DNA of 64,000 nt from Phoronis australis. Its lineage: Eukaryota > Animalia > Phoronida. Position numbers and translations under genes: made by a program. The notes under the pieces were generated by a model. The model was not told where the DNA came from and did no database searches. It worked only from the letters and a program-made list of their open reading frames with translations. Below are positions 13,701 through 28,700 of this stretch, one piece after another. Position 1 is the stretch's first letter. Every line of letters begins with the position of its first letter. The stretch spans positions 260,896 to 324,895 of the forward strand of contig NMRA01000083.1 of NCBI GenBank assembly GCA_002633005.1, written 5' to 3'.

Positions 13701-16700
13701 GCTTAACTTACTCTATGAACTATTAGCGAGAAGTACCGTGTTTCAAGGGTGGTGTACTTACTGAGTATTAGAGTGTGCAAACTGTAAGAGAAATGACCGT
13801 AGTGTACTAATAAAACTTGAGCTGACCAATGAAAGTGAACCTACTGGTTTATCCGACTGTTATGCAGCTACATAGTTAGACTGGATGTGTGTCCCCTCTG
13901 ATGAATCTCAGTAGATTCCTGTGAGATTCTCACTCAAAGGACAATTTAGGTGAGAAATGCAAATGAGAATCCAATGGTAATTAGAAGGAGTATACTTTAT
14001 ACAATGAGTGGTGGGGAAAATAGCGACAATTCAGTGAGAATTTTGGACTTCAACAATTGAATTAAGATGATGTAGGACCTTATCGACAAGTCTGGGTATT
14101 TAGAGAAATGTCTAGAAAACCATACATTTTAACTCGTTGAATGTGTATGTTTTCTGTTTGTAGAAGCCGTGTAAAATTAGATTTTTGACCTTTTACCAAT
14201 GTGTTATTGAGTCACCTGACCATGTCTTTTTAGTAGAAGTTAGCAAAAAAGAATTATACCTTGATAGCAAAGCAACGATATTAATAACGTGATCAAATTG
14301 TATTTGATATAAATGTTCAAGGGGAGATATTTAAAATGCTGTTATGGTTTTCTAAAATTTCATTTTATGCAGCTTTTTTCAAGATTTTTCATGAAAGTTT
14401 CAAAACTCCTATTATTGATAGCCCCGCATGCAAAACTAAAACACTTCAAAAATAATTCCTAATAGCATTTGTGAGAATTAAACAGTGCATAAAGCACAGT
14501 ACCTGAAAGGTCCATGTGGAGCTGATCAGCCATTCTTGAGATATAATATAAATCGGTGTGCTTAAACCTCTAGGCAAATTTCTTAATAATGTCACTGCTC
14601 TTAAGACACTTTACCATTCTATTATTCAGCCTCATATTGATTATTGTTTACCGGTTTGGGAGCATACCAGTGACACACTTGTCAGCAAAGTCCAAGTAAT
14701 CCTAAATAGAGCCGCCAGGGCTATCCTGGGTACTTAAGAATTAGGGACACCAAGTTCGATGACTTGTATACCAAGCGGGGATTTATGAAAGTAAAAGAAA
14801 GAAATAAATATCTCTCTGCCTGTTGTATGTACAGATGTACCAATGGCTTGGCTCCAGCTAACTCAGCCGAAAATTCAATAGCAGTCAAGCTGTATATTCT
14901 ACACGCTCTTCTGTTGCTGGAAATGTTTCTTTTAAAAAAATTAAAACTGAGACCGGCAAGAGATCTTTTATCTATGCTGCTGCTACAATATGGAATTCTC
15001 TTAGCCCAGAAATTAAATGGTCCGATTCAATTGATATTTTCAAACGTATTGTTAAAAAGTGGCTGTAATTTACCTAACCTTTTTATACTCTACCTGTCTC
15101 AATCATGTCATTCTTTTCATTGTTTTTAATACTCTCACTGTTTAGAGTCCTCTCTTTATTTATTCCATCTCTCTTAGTTAAATTTTCACCATTCTTCGTC
15201 ATTTATTTATTGTCTTAATTCTCAACCTGTTTTAATTGTATCTTTTTACATATATTTAATTGTTGTTTTATTACTTTGTTATATTATATTACTGTTTTTT
15301 GTTGTTGAGGGCCCTCTTGGAAAGCAGTGCTATCACTGAAGAGGTCACCCTCATTTTATATATCACAATTAAAAAAAATGTTGCGAAGTCATCTACATTT
15401 GGCCATTTTTATAGGGTCTTCTACATAACCTTAAGTGATAATTTGGATTTGCAAAAATTATAGTGAGAATTTGTGATGAATAAACACGCTCATTGGAACT
15501 TTGAGTTGTACCAGATTTTGTGATTTGAAAATCAAATAGTACTGGGGATTAACAGATGATCTGAAAAAGAGAAATAACTTAAAGGTTGACAACGTGTTTC
15601 TCGAAAATATTGAGAAATAAATACTAAACAGTTTGTAGTTCAACCAGAGGGGATACTGTATTGAAGTTGTATGTTAACAAAGCTTGAGGATAAAGTACAT
15701 TCCATCCATCTCAGTAGAGTGCATGAAGCACCAGTATTAGACTGGTATCATTCTATGTTGGGTGTTCCATTTTTTAGTATTTGCTGATTCACCATTCTGT
15801 TGTGTGGTGCTGAAATAGTCCAGATTTTGACTGTACAGTATTTGGAACATCTAAATCACATTCCCTTTTAACAAAAACGTTAAATATTTATTCCTCTGAC
15901 CAGATTTTAAATGGGAAAAATAACCCGCCGTTGAAGGACTGTTCTGTACATGATACTTGCTGTCTTTCTGAACTTTTCATTCAAACACTTAAATGTTAGC
16001 AGTGTGTTCCTGGATTCATTTCCTCTTGGTTAAGCATAAGTACGTAGGTGTGGTAAGTGTGCAAGTTTAACATCTCATATCTTGTTTTATAAGGGCGTAA
16101 GGAAGTTTTAAGCCATATTGTGGTGATGTCATAAATCTGGAGGATTTCCTTTATGATTACAAACATTGATAAGATACATGTCAGGTCAAACAATTTATTA
16201 TATTTTGATTCTGAATTAGTACTTAATCTTATACGTATTCTGTCTTGATAGTAAGTAAAATACCATGTAGTTCAGAATGGACACCAAGCATAATTCAGAG
16301 GCAATGTCAAGAAAAATGTACTAGAGAGATGTAGGGCCTGGAATCTAATCCTTGTACTCAAAATGAACTTGAAATTATTTTTGTGACTTTCTCTGCTACT
16401 TTTGTGCAAACTCGAGGTAAGTGGTTATTAAGCTATGCTCGAATGCATTGTAGTTTACGCATATGAGTTTTTAGTCCGAGTTTGCACTTGAAGACCCTTT
16501 TATTCGTGCTACAAACTGGAGTATAAACTTGAAATTTTGAGCTCAAACTCGAACTTTTAGCCGTAATGTTCCTTTATCAACTGCAAGCTAGGACTAAAAA
16601 ATTATCCACGCAAGTCATTATGTAATCCAGTGTAGAATAATAGACACTTATCTTGAGTTGTCACATAAGTAGAGTAGGATATGCCAATCATAATTTCGAG

Positions 16701-19700
16701 TTCCATTTTGACTAAAAAGATTAGAACCCGGGCCCTGGTTCTTTACAATTTCTTTTTAAACATTTATTTGATTAGTTTGGACACTATCACAGTTTCCTCC
16801 TCTACTTCCTGGTAAATGTTTGATTACAGTGTTTATTATCAGGGTTTATTAAAAGGGGTCGTTGTAGGGAGGTCAGGCGGGCATGTAGTATGAAATGTTG
16901 ACTGCTGACTCTATCAAAGCCTTTTATGCGACTTTTGAAAACTAGATTATTTTGTTCAATGTAGTATTATCACAGTAAGTCCATTATTACATTGGGATAC
17001 AATGTGGTAGAAAGAAAGAATTTAGTGGGGTCTATAAAATTTTTGTGCAAAACTTCACCCCAGCGTCAATAGTGTTTTTAATATCCAGCTGTCTCCAAAC
17101 AGTATTTGCTACAATTTGGAACGTTTGCAATTATTTTGGACAACCATTGAACTAACATTTGAATGTACAGAGCAAGACAAAACAATTAAAGACAAATTGA
17201 CCTGGAATTCCCTGTCATAACGGTTGGGTGGAAGCCATATTCACCGTCAGTCTCTCATGACCGAGAATGAAGGGAAATAACAAATAAGTTAGCAAGGTGG
17301 CTAAACCATTCAGTAATTAGAATTTTAAATTTACTGTTTACAGAGTTATAGCATTGTGGTTGGCTGTGTGTTGTTCACACACAATTAAGGCCTTTTGAAA
17401 TTGAGACACAAAGTCAGTGAAAGTAGTTGTGAGTCCAGCTCTCAGTCACAAAACTATGCCAGTTGGACTGTATAACTAAACACACTTTAACAAAGGGTTC
17501 ATAGCCCTGATTGAGAAGAAAATTGTTTTATTACCCCCGTGTAGACTATAAATAGCTGAGCCCAGAATAAAGAATATTTTGTTGTTACCCAAACGCTTTT
17601 TTGCAGTTTGCTTATTTATTTAAGAGTAATTGTAGTTAGACTTGAGTAATTGTTTCCTTTTACAGGGGACATTGTCAAAGAAAGGGCACTTGGTGAAGAA
17701 CGTGAATGAGCGATGGTTTGTACTGACTCCATCAAAGTTACGATACTTCACCAACAGATCGGAGAAGGAACTGAAAGGAGAAATAAGTCTATCTAACACG
17801 TCCACAGTTGAGGTAACGAGCTTTGAGAACTGTGTTCCTTACTTAATGTTGATATGTAGTATTCTTGAACTATGTCCTAATTTGACTTTTAAACTCCGAA
17901 ACATCATATCTCAGAAATGACTGATTGGATTCAAGTTATCTTTCAGATACTATGCTGTATGCACTGTTAGCCAAACTTTTCCGGCTACTGTATCATTTTG
18001 AAAATGACCCATTTCTGCAACAGCGGTTATCAAAACTAGGACTTTTTGATTTTGTGCCACCAGAAATGACTACGGCTGTGTTTCCTGATGGTAATTTGGC
18101 TTTTCACATTTCCCTCCGAATCTTTGGAGTTCCCGGGTGGACTTTCATGAAATGGTTTTATTTGAGGGAGACTGCGAGGCCTTCCAAGTTAGACGTATTC
18201 AGCCCCATCTAATTGCCATGTTTATTATACTAATGAACACCACTTGAAGCATACCTTCTGTGATGCTGCCGTTGAGGCATTCTGAAGCTCCGCGTTGCTC
18301 TTGTATAACAGTGAGTCGCCTAAATATAAAGTTTTTTGAAAGGTGGTATGATTGCATTTATTCCCATTTAAGGGTTCCGTATGACAGCTAGACAAGCAAA
18401 ATTAAATTTAAAATTAATACCGCCGCTTTTGTGTTGCTACTGTAACACACAATTATTACACCATGCAGGAAGTGCTGCAACTATTTCCCGTGCTGCAAAC
18501 TTAAAGGGAAGTGTTAACTGGTGACTCACTGCTTCTGTTTTTTTTCAGTTTTGGTATTGTGTACTACAGTAGTGACTGTAAATGCAAATTGAATTTTTTT
18601 AAAGAGCTACTAGCAGACATTTTTAACCCTTATTAGAAGGTTAGAACCAGTCATGTTATAATAAAGCTGGCAGCGCCCACGGGTCAATCCTAACGATACA
18701 GTATCCGTAGGTGAAAAAATCATAAAAATCCTCAGTTGTCAATAACTGAAGCTGAGTGATATACTCCACCATTTTAGATTTGCCGAAAAGTCGTAAGTGA
18801 CATTCATTAATGAACGATTGAATAACAAAGCCACCTATTCATCTCTGCTAGTGTGTTTTACAAGGAATAATTAATTCGGGTAACCAGTAAAAACATAACA
18901 TTGATCATGCAGTATCGGAATAATCAGTAAAATTGCTATACAGTAATTCTGACAACTTGCAAAAATATTGAAAATAAATTTAGTCAGGGAAAAACTAGGA
19001 TACAATGGTCTCCGGCGACTTTGTCAGGCTGCCGACTATCAACAATGAGTGATCGCCCATTTCTTATTACTATAGAATGCCAACTGGTGGCGAAATAACT
19101 TCAGAAAGAAAACTTGGATATTGCCAATTGATGAGTTTAAAGTAAAAGGAATGATTTTCATTCAGCCTAAAGCATTTGTACAAGCTACTACCTGAGCCCG
19201 GCCGCCTAGTGGCGGACATCACTGCTCCGCGGCACAGGATGAATACTCTAATTAGCTCCGTGGGCCTTGAATAGCTGGAATTTTTGTGACCAAGAGATTT
19301 AAAAAATTCCTGCGCCGTGCTCCTGACACTACAATTATTTCTCATTGCTGACATTCAGCTCATAAACTACAGTTCATTTAACACTTCATTGCAAATTTTT
19401 GTAAGGTCTTGAAGGACGTGTGTCTAATAATTGAAAATTCAAGTCAGTTCTGCAAGTGATTATTTTTTCCTGCGAGGTGACACATTGGAACTGCTGGGGA
19501 AACGTAATTGTGGTATCCAGGCAGCAAAAATCAAGCACAGGGACGCAGTGTTATTGCAATTCAGGCGGGGATCGCACTGTTTTGACATAAAAGATGTTTT
19601 TTGTTCATTGGAACGTCGCTGTTTCTGTGGGTGTTTTTCTCCTATTTTACATGTTTAATGGTCATTAAAGCCAGTGCCGATTTGCTTCCAAATTACAAAA

Positions 19701-22700
19701 TGCGCGGTCGGTAGTCACAGCAATTGCTAGTACTTTGCATCAGTTTCACGACATAGCGATAAAGAAAACACATTTGCGGATCTAATTTATTACCAGACTG
19801 GGTACTGTTGATGAAATTTGACATATCTTCACGATGAGTCAGGCACCTAGTGCTGGCTTGGGAGATGTGATGTATTCACAATTTAAACTTATGATTTCAT
19901 TAAATACTGGGATACCAGTCATATGCACAGAAGCAGATAAAATTTGGATTATAAAGAATTAAATTAGTTTAAGAAAGAACTGAAATGAGAGTCAAAAACA
20001 ACCAAACAAAATAACAATGCTTTTACGCTCAGGTGATATCGAACGTTTTCAAGGACAAAATGTCCATCATTCAGGAATAGTTCCGTAACTGATTGCGGAA
20101 ATAAACGAGAATGGTCGATGATTTTCTGATCTCTACCAATGTACAAACTGTGCTCAAAAAGGCTTTTAGCTTGATAACAGAAAAGAGGAAAACATTGCAC
20201 CATGCTTCATATTACTTAATTTGGTGTATATTTTCAAGTTTTTGAACTAGATTATCCCTTTGAGACAAGGACTTTTAAGTAGGAAACCATATTAGTGTTT
20301 TCAACAGGGCACTGTGGACTTGAATTTCCAATTAAAATGGTTGTGCAGCAAGGGCAGATAGCTATATATCTCTTTTTCCAGACTTTACAGAATGAAAAAT
20401 CCAGGTCCTTTAAGTTTCTTGTGAAAGGAAGTGATGGCAAAGACTTAGAAATAATTGCACCTGATTTAAGGCACAAGAATGAATGGGTAGCAGGTAAGAG
20501 GACTATCAGTTAGTCTGTTATAACTGCTTTCATTTAACGACTCAATTTTATTCGTTTAATCGTTTCCGTATTGTGTTCTGATTATGTAGTTTCAGATATT
20601 TGCAATAAAATATTATTGCATAAAGCGGTTCGCCACAGTTGTAGTTTGTAGTTTGTCGTTAATTTTTTTAAGATTTCATACATATTTTTATATTTTGGTC
20701 TTTAGCTTCTACAAATCTTGAAAAATGAGGGTTTCACCAAATTAGTTTCTCTGTAACACCTGCCTAAAAAAAGGCACCTCTGGCAAAAATTTGAAATTCA
20801 CAGAGGTTACTAAAATGCCACCTCTAATTAAATTAATAATTGGAATCCTTTCTATAATGGGTTAATTTTTGTTTTACGATGTTTTATATTTTACTGATTT
20901 TCTCACGTTGCCGCAAGTAAACATTTTTTTCTGTATTTAGAGTACCACAAATTTTAGTGTCTTGGCGCCTACACAAAAAGTTACTTGCTAGTTTTTCTTA
21001 TCTGTTTCAGTTTGATACCCATCATCCTGTCTATGAAACAAGGAAACATTAGGTGGTGACAAACTTGATCTATATAATCTGAAATAGCGTCACATAAGAA
21101 TGTGCAATTCGACCTTCTCAAAGCTCGCCATTTTCAAGATCATAATTACCTCGCTACATTTCACTAGATGGGTCTAATTGTTGATATATTTTTGTAAAAT
21201 GAGTTCAGTTGATGTGAATAATCTAAGATGAGAAGTTGCTTCTGTAATTAATTCACAACTGCCTTAAGTCATACCTAACATCTACACTTGTTGCCTATTG
21301 TTTAGTATAGCGGGCTATTATTGAATGCAAAAATAACAAAAACTCAATACAAAATAAACATTCAAACTAAATATTTTATTTCAAATGAAACTCATTTTCA
21401 AATGTTTCATATGAAGTTAATCAATGTTATAAAACAGCTACAGCTTTACGTTTTTTGAGGGCAAACTGTGTCGAACTCCTTACCTTATATGTTTCCTTTA
21501 TAGTGATGTTTTGGTGTAAATTTTCTGTGAATGTGTGAATTGCTACATTATGATGTCCAATATGATGAGAAATAATTGTCCACATGAATGAACTAAACCT
21601 GGATGTAACACACCTTACATGAACTAGACTTCAGTGCTTCAAAGTCATGAAGGACTCTTAGAAAAATGACCAAGTTTGACCATCAAAAATAGGACTTTTA
21701 TTTCATGAAAAAAATCAAAACTTACATAAAACGAAATCAAAATTATACTTTAGAAAATTGTTGCAGCGTTTTTGAGATTTCATTTTTAACATTTGTATCA
21801 AAACTTGGTCATGCTATTGACACAGTTGCTTTGCTGTCAATGTACCTTTCTTTTTTGCTAAATTCCACCAAAAAGACATGGTCCCGTGACCCAGTTGGTG
21901 TTGAAAATCACATTCCACATGTGTTCTGCTTTCATAAAAAAATTTCTTAGTTAAAATCTATTGCTTCATAGGTATTTGGGTAAATGCACACACTTGCCAA
22001 TATGGTCCTACATATTCCTAACACAACACCTTTCTTTACGAGGAGACAGTGTATGTCTTGGTGGTTTGAGCTTCTGACTCTCATTCTGAGAACCGGGATC
22101 GAACCCTGACTTCACTGGTTGACAATTGAGCACTGCACAACGGTGTCTCCTACTTCTCTGAGCTCGGTCTTACTTAAGTGAATGTATGCAATGGAGTGAA
22201 TGAGAACCTGGATATATTGCGAAAGCGATTTCTGGGGCTGTGCTCAAATATACTTTTCTTTACGTAGCTATACAGGCTGCAATCAGTCATTCCGAAAGAT
22301 CAGAGTCATTCCGTAAAAGCGAATTCCTCGCGCGAAAGAAAGTTCGTGACAAGAAGAGGGATGAAGAAGAGAAGAAGAGAATAGAAGAGGCAGAAAGGCA
22401 AGAGAAGCAACGTCAAGATTTGGAGTCTGCGAGGCAGGTAAGTGAGAGACGTGGTAAAGACTGTTAAATTAAGAGGTAAATGCCTACCTTATGGTAACAC
22501 GTATAAATTTAGTTTCTAAAATACGAAGAGGAGAATGTCTCGCTTACACCGCTTACCGCTGAGATTATTCACGTAATGTGTTAAAGGCATCACTCTGACG
22601 GAAGTAACGAATTCCCCAAGTGTAATGAGCGTTTAGCCTTTCGGCCTAAGTCACAGTGAGAACTCTCAGTTAATTTAAACACCTACAAGCAACACCTGTA

Positions 22701-25700
22701 CACTTTGGTGATCTATTCAATATATTCTGGTAGTCACGGTAGATACGTATGCACTCTACTGGTGCCATTACTGATGAAAGTTGAACATTACGGCCATTGG
22801 CCTTTCTTTGTGTGCTGTTGTTGTAGTGAGACAACAATGTGTTAGAAGGCTACTTCATGTATCATCATGTGAATGTTTAAGTCTCGTTCTCTTGTGTTGT
22901 TTGAACATTGCTTTGACTATATAGAAGTCCAATACATCCAGAATTAAAACATTATTCCATTCAAGGAAGGCTTTAATGTACCTGCATTTAAGGCTCAGAT
23001 TTCTTAAATTCGTCTTCCAAATACTACTGATATTTGGTTTTGAAGATAATCTGGTGTTTGTAGTTTTCAATGGACATCTGCTCCGGTTGCATTCCTATGG
23101 AAACAAGATGACCACGATTTTATGGCCAGCTTGTAAGTGAAGGAAAACTTGACGATTTCATGGCAAGAATCCTTAATTGTAGATTGAAATTACGTTCTCC
23201 GCTAATGAGTGGATTTTTGGCTTGTCAGCATTGGGCTGGTTTGAGTTTCGTAGATGCAAGGATATTGCTAAGGAAGCCTGCACGATCACGTGCTTTGCTG
23301 GTAATATGTGGCGATAATCTCTCGTAGTCTTGTGTGTTCTTACGTTATCACGAGATTCTCGCCTCTATGCAATACACGCCTGTTGGTGTGGTGGAGGAGA
23401 CCGGTTTTTACCTCGCGTACTGGCTTCTGAAGCCCTTGGTGACACTGTCCTGGAGTCGTGTCTTGAATTGTCATCTTTATCAAAAGTTGCTTTTGTAGAA
23501 AGCTCACCTTGCCTTCAGTGTTGACCGTAGACAATCTTAGGGCTTTAAATATCGGTGCTATTGCTATATTTTTGATATGTTTAAGTTATCTTAAAGCCAT
23601 AGCCTGAGTCATCTTCGGAAATCAATGTTTTGGTTCATGGTTTTGGTGGAACCCCTTATTTAGGGTTTTTAATACTGTGAATTAGGTTTCCTCATTACCG
23701 TATACAAGATATGGTACAATGTCACTAATTTAGGACACAACATGACTGACAAGTGAAATTTTATTTTTTCATTTTTTTTCTTAAAAGATAAGCAGCATCA
23801 AATGAAGTACATTTTAGTAACAGTCACTGTCAGACCACTTTTAACAAATTTTGGACATTTGTAGCCATATGTTAGAAACTATAATGGAAAAATAAGAAAG
23901 ATCAATTTTAGCCAAAAGTTTTGTAAGATTTTCCTGTGATACCGTGGACCAATTGGAATTCATTGATTGTTTGGTGATTTATTTGAGTTTGAACTGTACG
24001 TCTTTGGCTTGACCTAATTGGCAATGATTCCGTGGCACTTGAAATTACAACTTAAAGGCATGACTCATTAATTCGTGGTGTCTGGTCATGGGCGTATCAA
24101 ATTGCCATACATGTCAGATTTCACAGATATAGTGCTGGTTGTCTCCACATATGTCGTCGTTCCATTTGAATCCCTCCCATATTTCGGCACAGTCTTCACC
24201 TCCTCTATAATTGTCTGGCTGTCCTGAAAGTTTAAAGTCATGTTTTAGGTTAGTTTATTTTTAAAAGCATGAAAGTTTTGAGACATCCAGTTAAGTTATC
24301 AAAATACAGAAAAAAAATAATTTCAGTATTTGACTTAATTTTTTCTGTATAGTTTATTTTTGTTTAAACTATATAGACTGATCAAGAATAATCACATAGC
24401 ACTGTCTGCTTCCCAATTTTTAATTACAATTTATTCAGTGTTTGCCCAGGGTTGTGTGCCAAAGAAGATGCATGCTGGTTGTCAAAACTTTGGATATAAT
24501 TTTGGTAGGGTGCATACAACAAATGAAACTAAAAGGGAAAACCATTTTATTCCATGATTATCAAATTTCCATTGGAATTGAAAGATACTGCCATGGATTC
24601 ATTTCCAATCCCTACTGTTTCTGTTGTATACCTGAATGATCTAAATTTTTTGCTTTAACTCAGATGGAGACTATAGAAATGGTCAGAGGTATTGAGCCTT
24701 TTATCAGAAATGGCTGCTTTGAAAGGTTTAATGTGTGTCTTTCTTCCGTCACTGTTGTCTAATTCAGCATTTGAATTAGCACAAGCTATGGGACAAAATA
24801 TGCCTAGTTGTGCCAGACTTGATTGTAGGCTCTGAAAGAAACAGCAGACGATCTTGTAATTATTTGATTTAATTTTTAAACGGGATAATAAAAGTTCTAA
24901 GTTCTTGGTAAGCTTTATAAGTAAGAAACAAAAATATACCTGTTCAAAATGGCTATGAACCTGACTTCTGTCCAAAAAGTGAACTTTTGCTTTAGACCAC
25001 TTTCTGCTTGTCTTTACTAACACGAGAAGTGGCTTTTGAGTTTGCTAAGAACTTACAATTCGTTTCTCTTTGAGACCATGCTTGGCGTATAAAGTGACAT
25101 GTCGGGACAAGCCAACCAGCGGTCTGGCCTTTCAAAGCCCTGAATTAACTCATATTTTGACTAAGGAATAATTTAAGACCAATTTCACAATTGCAAGTGG
25201 TCTAAATAAAAAGTTATTTTCTACGACGAAAAAACCGCTTTAATTCAACCACCTGAAACCCTTTACGAGTTCTCACCTCTGTACCAGTTGGTGAAAGTAA
25301 ATGTTTTCCCGGTCGCCTCCCATTTCCATTGCCCTTCTCTAGTTATGTCATGGCCACCGATCCAGAATGCCATGTTGTCCCGTCGGGAGATTCCTTGAAT
25401 GCCGAGGGTGCGCTTGATCAGGTTTTCAATGAATGTCTGCTCTTCTTGCGTTTCTATGGAAACAAGATTGCCACCATCTTTGTTGCACAGCTGCATTGCC
25501 AGATGCCAGGAAGATGAAGACCTTACGACTTTGTAGCAGGAATCTTTGAACAGAGTATAATCGAGTGGACATTTCTTCTTAACTGTGGTTTTAGGAGATG
25601 TGCTCAGAGATTGGATCAATTTTTGATTCTTCAACAATTGGCTGTTCATCTGATTGAGATCGGTTTTGACCTCAGCAACTTGTTTCTGCAACGTCTGTTG

Positions 25701-28700
25701 CCCCTGACGAAACACCGTGTCTTGGCTTAACATCTTCGTTAGAAGTTGTTCCTTCAGGAGACTGATCTTGTCCTCCATGACCACCTGATTCGTTTTGATG
25801 GCTTTCAACATGTCTACTATTTCGTCTGTCTTGCATGGGCATGTGTTGTTGTTAGCGATACCTTCAGGGAACCCCACGTTGGGAAACACGGGAGTCAGCA
25901 TACTTGGGTGAAGAATACACAGAAACAGAACGAGAGTGTACTGACCCGCCATGTTGTTACAACTGGCACTGATGTGTTTCTGCCCAGTTTTTATACAGGA
26001 AGATTAGAAGTTCTGCGAGACCATTGTTATCAAAAGCTGTATGTTCATCTGTGATTGGTACCTGCCAAGTACTGTGTTTATGTGTGAAATGAAAACATTG
26101 TAATTATGATTAATTTGATGGTAGCACCATAATCGACCTCCTTTACTATTATTAGCCATTTCGTATACTGTTTGCTGACAAATAGTTTGCATTGGCCTAT
26201 GAATGTCCTTAGGCTGGATATCACGATTCCACGACACCATGACAAAACTTCAAAATGTGTAGTGGAACAAAAACATAAACACTGCCTCAAATGGAGTTTA
26301 ACCCGCGTTGCTAATATACAGGATCTTCGTTAGAAATCATTGTTGAAATGTAACTAATGTCAAGCATCTTCCTTTTGAGTTGATGTTCAGGGCCCAGTTG
26401 TTTATCATTTTACTTGCTCATAGAGCCAACCACTGAAAGCTTATGTACCAACTGCTCAAACATTGGACTGATCACACGAATGTTTTACTAATCTCCTCAG
26501 TCTTGTGCACATTTTGCACTTGGTGGAGTTACCTAGTCCCGATAGTGTCTTAAACTGTATTGAGTGGTTGTAAGTCATGGGTATTGTTCACACGCAATAG
26601 GCGTTTTGAAAATGGCATGGAAAGTCAGTGCCAGTAGTTCCTAGTGAACCCTACTGTTACTGATACTTTCCCAATGGGAGGCTTTCAGGAAGCATTGGGG
26701 GCTGATCACATGGGACCGGTGACTCGTATCGCCATCTAGCTGTACCAGGACTTACTTTGTCTTAGCAGCAGGTGGCATATGGAGATCGTTTATAATATAT
26801 GTAATTAGACGTGATGCATTTTAAACAAAAGTTATAAAGTGCCGGTTTCTTCGGCTTCTAGAGGCCACTGGCATCCGGTCTCACGTGACCAGTCACCAAG
26901 TTATTATTGGAAAATCTGCCATTGACAATTGTGTTAGTAAACACAGCTTAACAAGGGGTCAGTAGTCCTGGCCCAGAAAATAATTGTTTTATTTCCCCCT
27001 ATGGGTTATGAATAGCCAAGCATGAATGCATTTTATGTACTCAAGTGCATTTACCCGAGACTACAACGTTAGATTCTGTCTTTTTTATGTTCTGGGACTT
27101 TTTCAGACCACTATGTTTAACATAACACGAATCTAAAGTATTTTGCAGCAACTGTAATTAGCATTGTTATAATTTGCTAAATAATTGTGCTCTTTGTGGC
27201 TTTGACTAATGCTGTTCTCTATTAATTTGTTATGAATCACTTGTTCCGCTATAACTGAATAACAAAATTTACAGAAAATTACAATTTGTTACCTTCAAGG
27301 CATGTTTTAGTTACAAAAATTGGTTTTCTCACATGACTTGGAATGTGTTATGACACGACTGATTAGTAACACTGATTACGTATTAATTTTTTGATATTAC
27401 ATGGGAGAATCACAAAGTAGTTCAAAGTAGAAATCCATACGCCTTAAATTTTATCATTTGCAAAACACTAAAACAACCAAACGTGGTCTAACCACACAAT
27501 GCCAGAATTCCGAGAAGGTCACATGGTTATGATTGACAAATCGGGTGTTGCGACTGTATGTACTCCCAGTCCGAAGGACATGCAAACAACTTCTTAAAGA
27601 GACCCATTTTCGTCAGCGAAATTCCATATCCATGTTCATTCAAACAGAGAGAAGCCCCAACTCAAGAAATGCAGCAAGGTTGTCTCATGCTGTGAACATT
27701 CCCACTAAATAAGATTGGTCCTAACCCCAGTGATTAAGGTAAACGGTGGGGCATGGAAAATTGAAGTAGACCGTATTTATCCACCTTGGCTGAGCCGCGC
27801 TCGGCTAATGCTCAAAGGGATGCCGCCAAGCTGCTCTAGTCATCGAGTCACGAGCGAGGATAATTGGCTTCGCTCATGCGGATATGATCAGCTGATTACA
27901 ATCTAGCTAGCAGACTGTACTTTTTATGGAGAGAGTTTTACGTAGTTTTTACTGTAATATTTGAAAAGAGGAGCGAAAACAAATATGAGTACAACAATTT
28001 TTCAAATCGGCCCAGGATAAGAGATTTTGCAACACAGCAACACTCACGATTACTTTCATTCGGCACGCACCAATACAAAAATATTGGACCCAAGTTATTT
28101 AGATTTTGGAACACATGCATTGCAATATTCAAAATACGTTTATTATGAATCTTACAAGCTTTAAAACGACGTTGTTAATTTCATTGTGTTCATTCATTGT
28201 CATCCGTCAAATCGGCAATTTCCGAGATGTGATCTGCGGCGTGCGCGTATGTGTACAAAACACGTGATTGTTATGTTCCTGAAGTACGAAAATTAAGAAG
28301 GCTTTAACATGCCGTTATTATTGACAGGGACACGATAAAACGAATTTGGATTTTGACTATAGTCTTGATACAGCGATCTGACTGACCACTGCGTCAGTGT
28401 CTCCGTTAGACCCAGAAATTTCACACAGCCCGGGTAGTTCATTTCGTCCCCAACATGTAGATCGAGCCTTGGACTATTAATACTCCACGGCAGAGCTAAC
28501 GACAGTCGGCCTGTGCACACAAAATCTGTGAGTTAACCAGCACTCACCTTGCACGTTACAGCCGTTTAAGTGAAAAACAATCTAGTAAACGCCATTTTCT
28601 TGCATAATCCTCCGCCTTTTGTAACAAAAAAGTCTATCGTCGATGACCCGCACACGCACGCTCACTCACTCTCATACACAGACGACCTTCAAAACAAACG

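Noticed and set aside
22855-23534. Short minus-strand ORFs possibly forming a third nested gene
   Set aside because: Interrupted frames with no recognisable domain or splice structure. More likely a decayed retroelement fragment.
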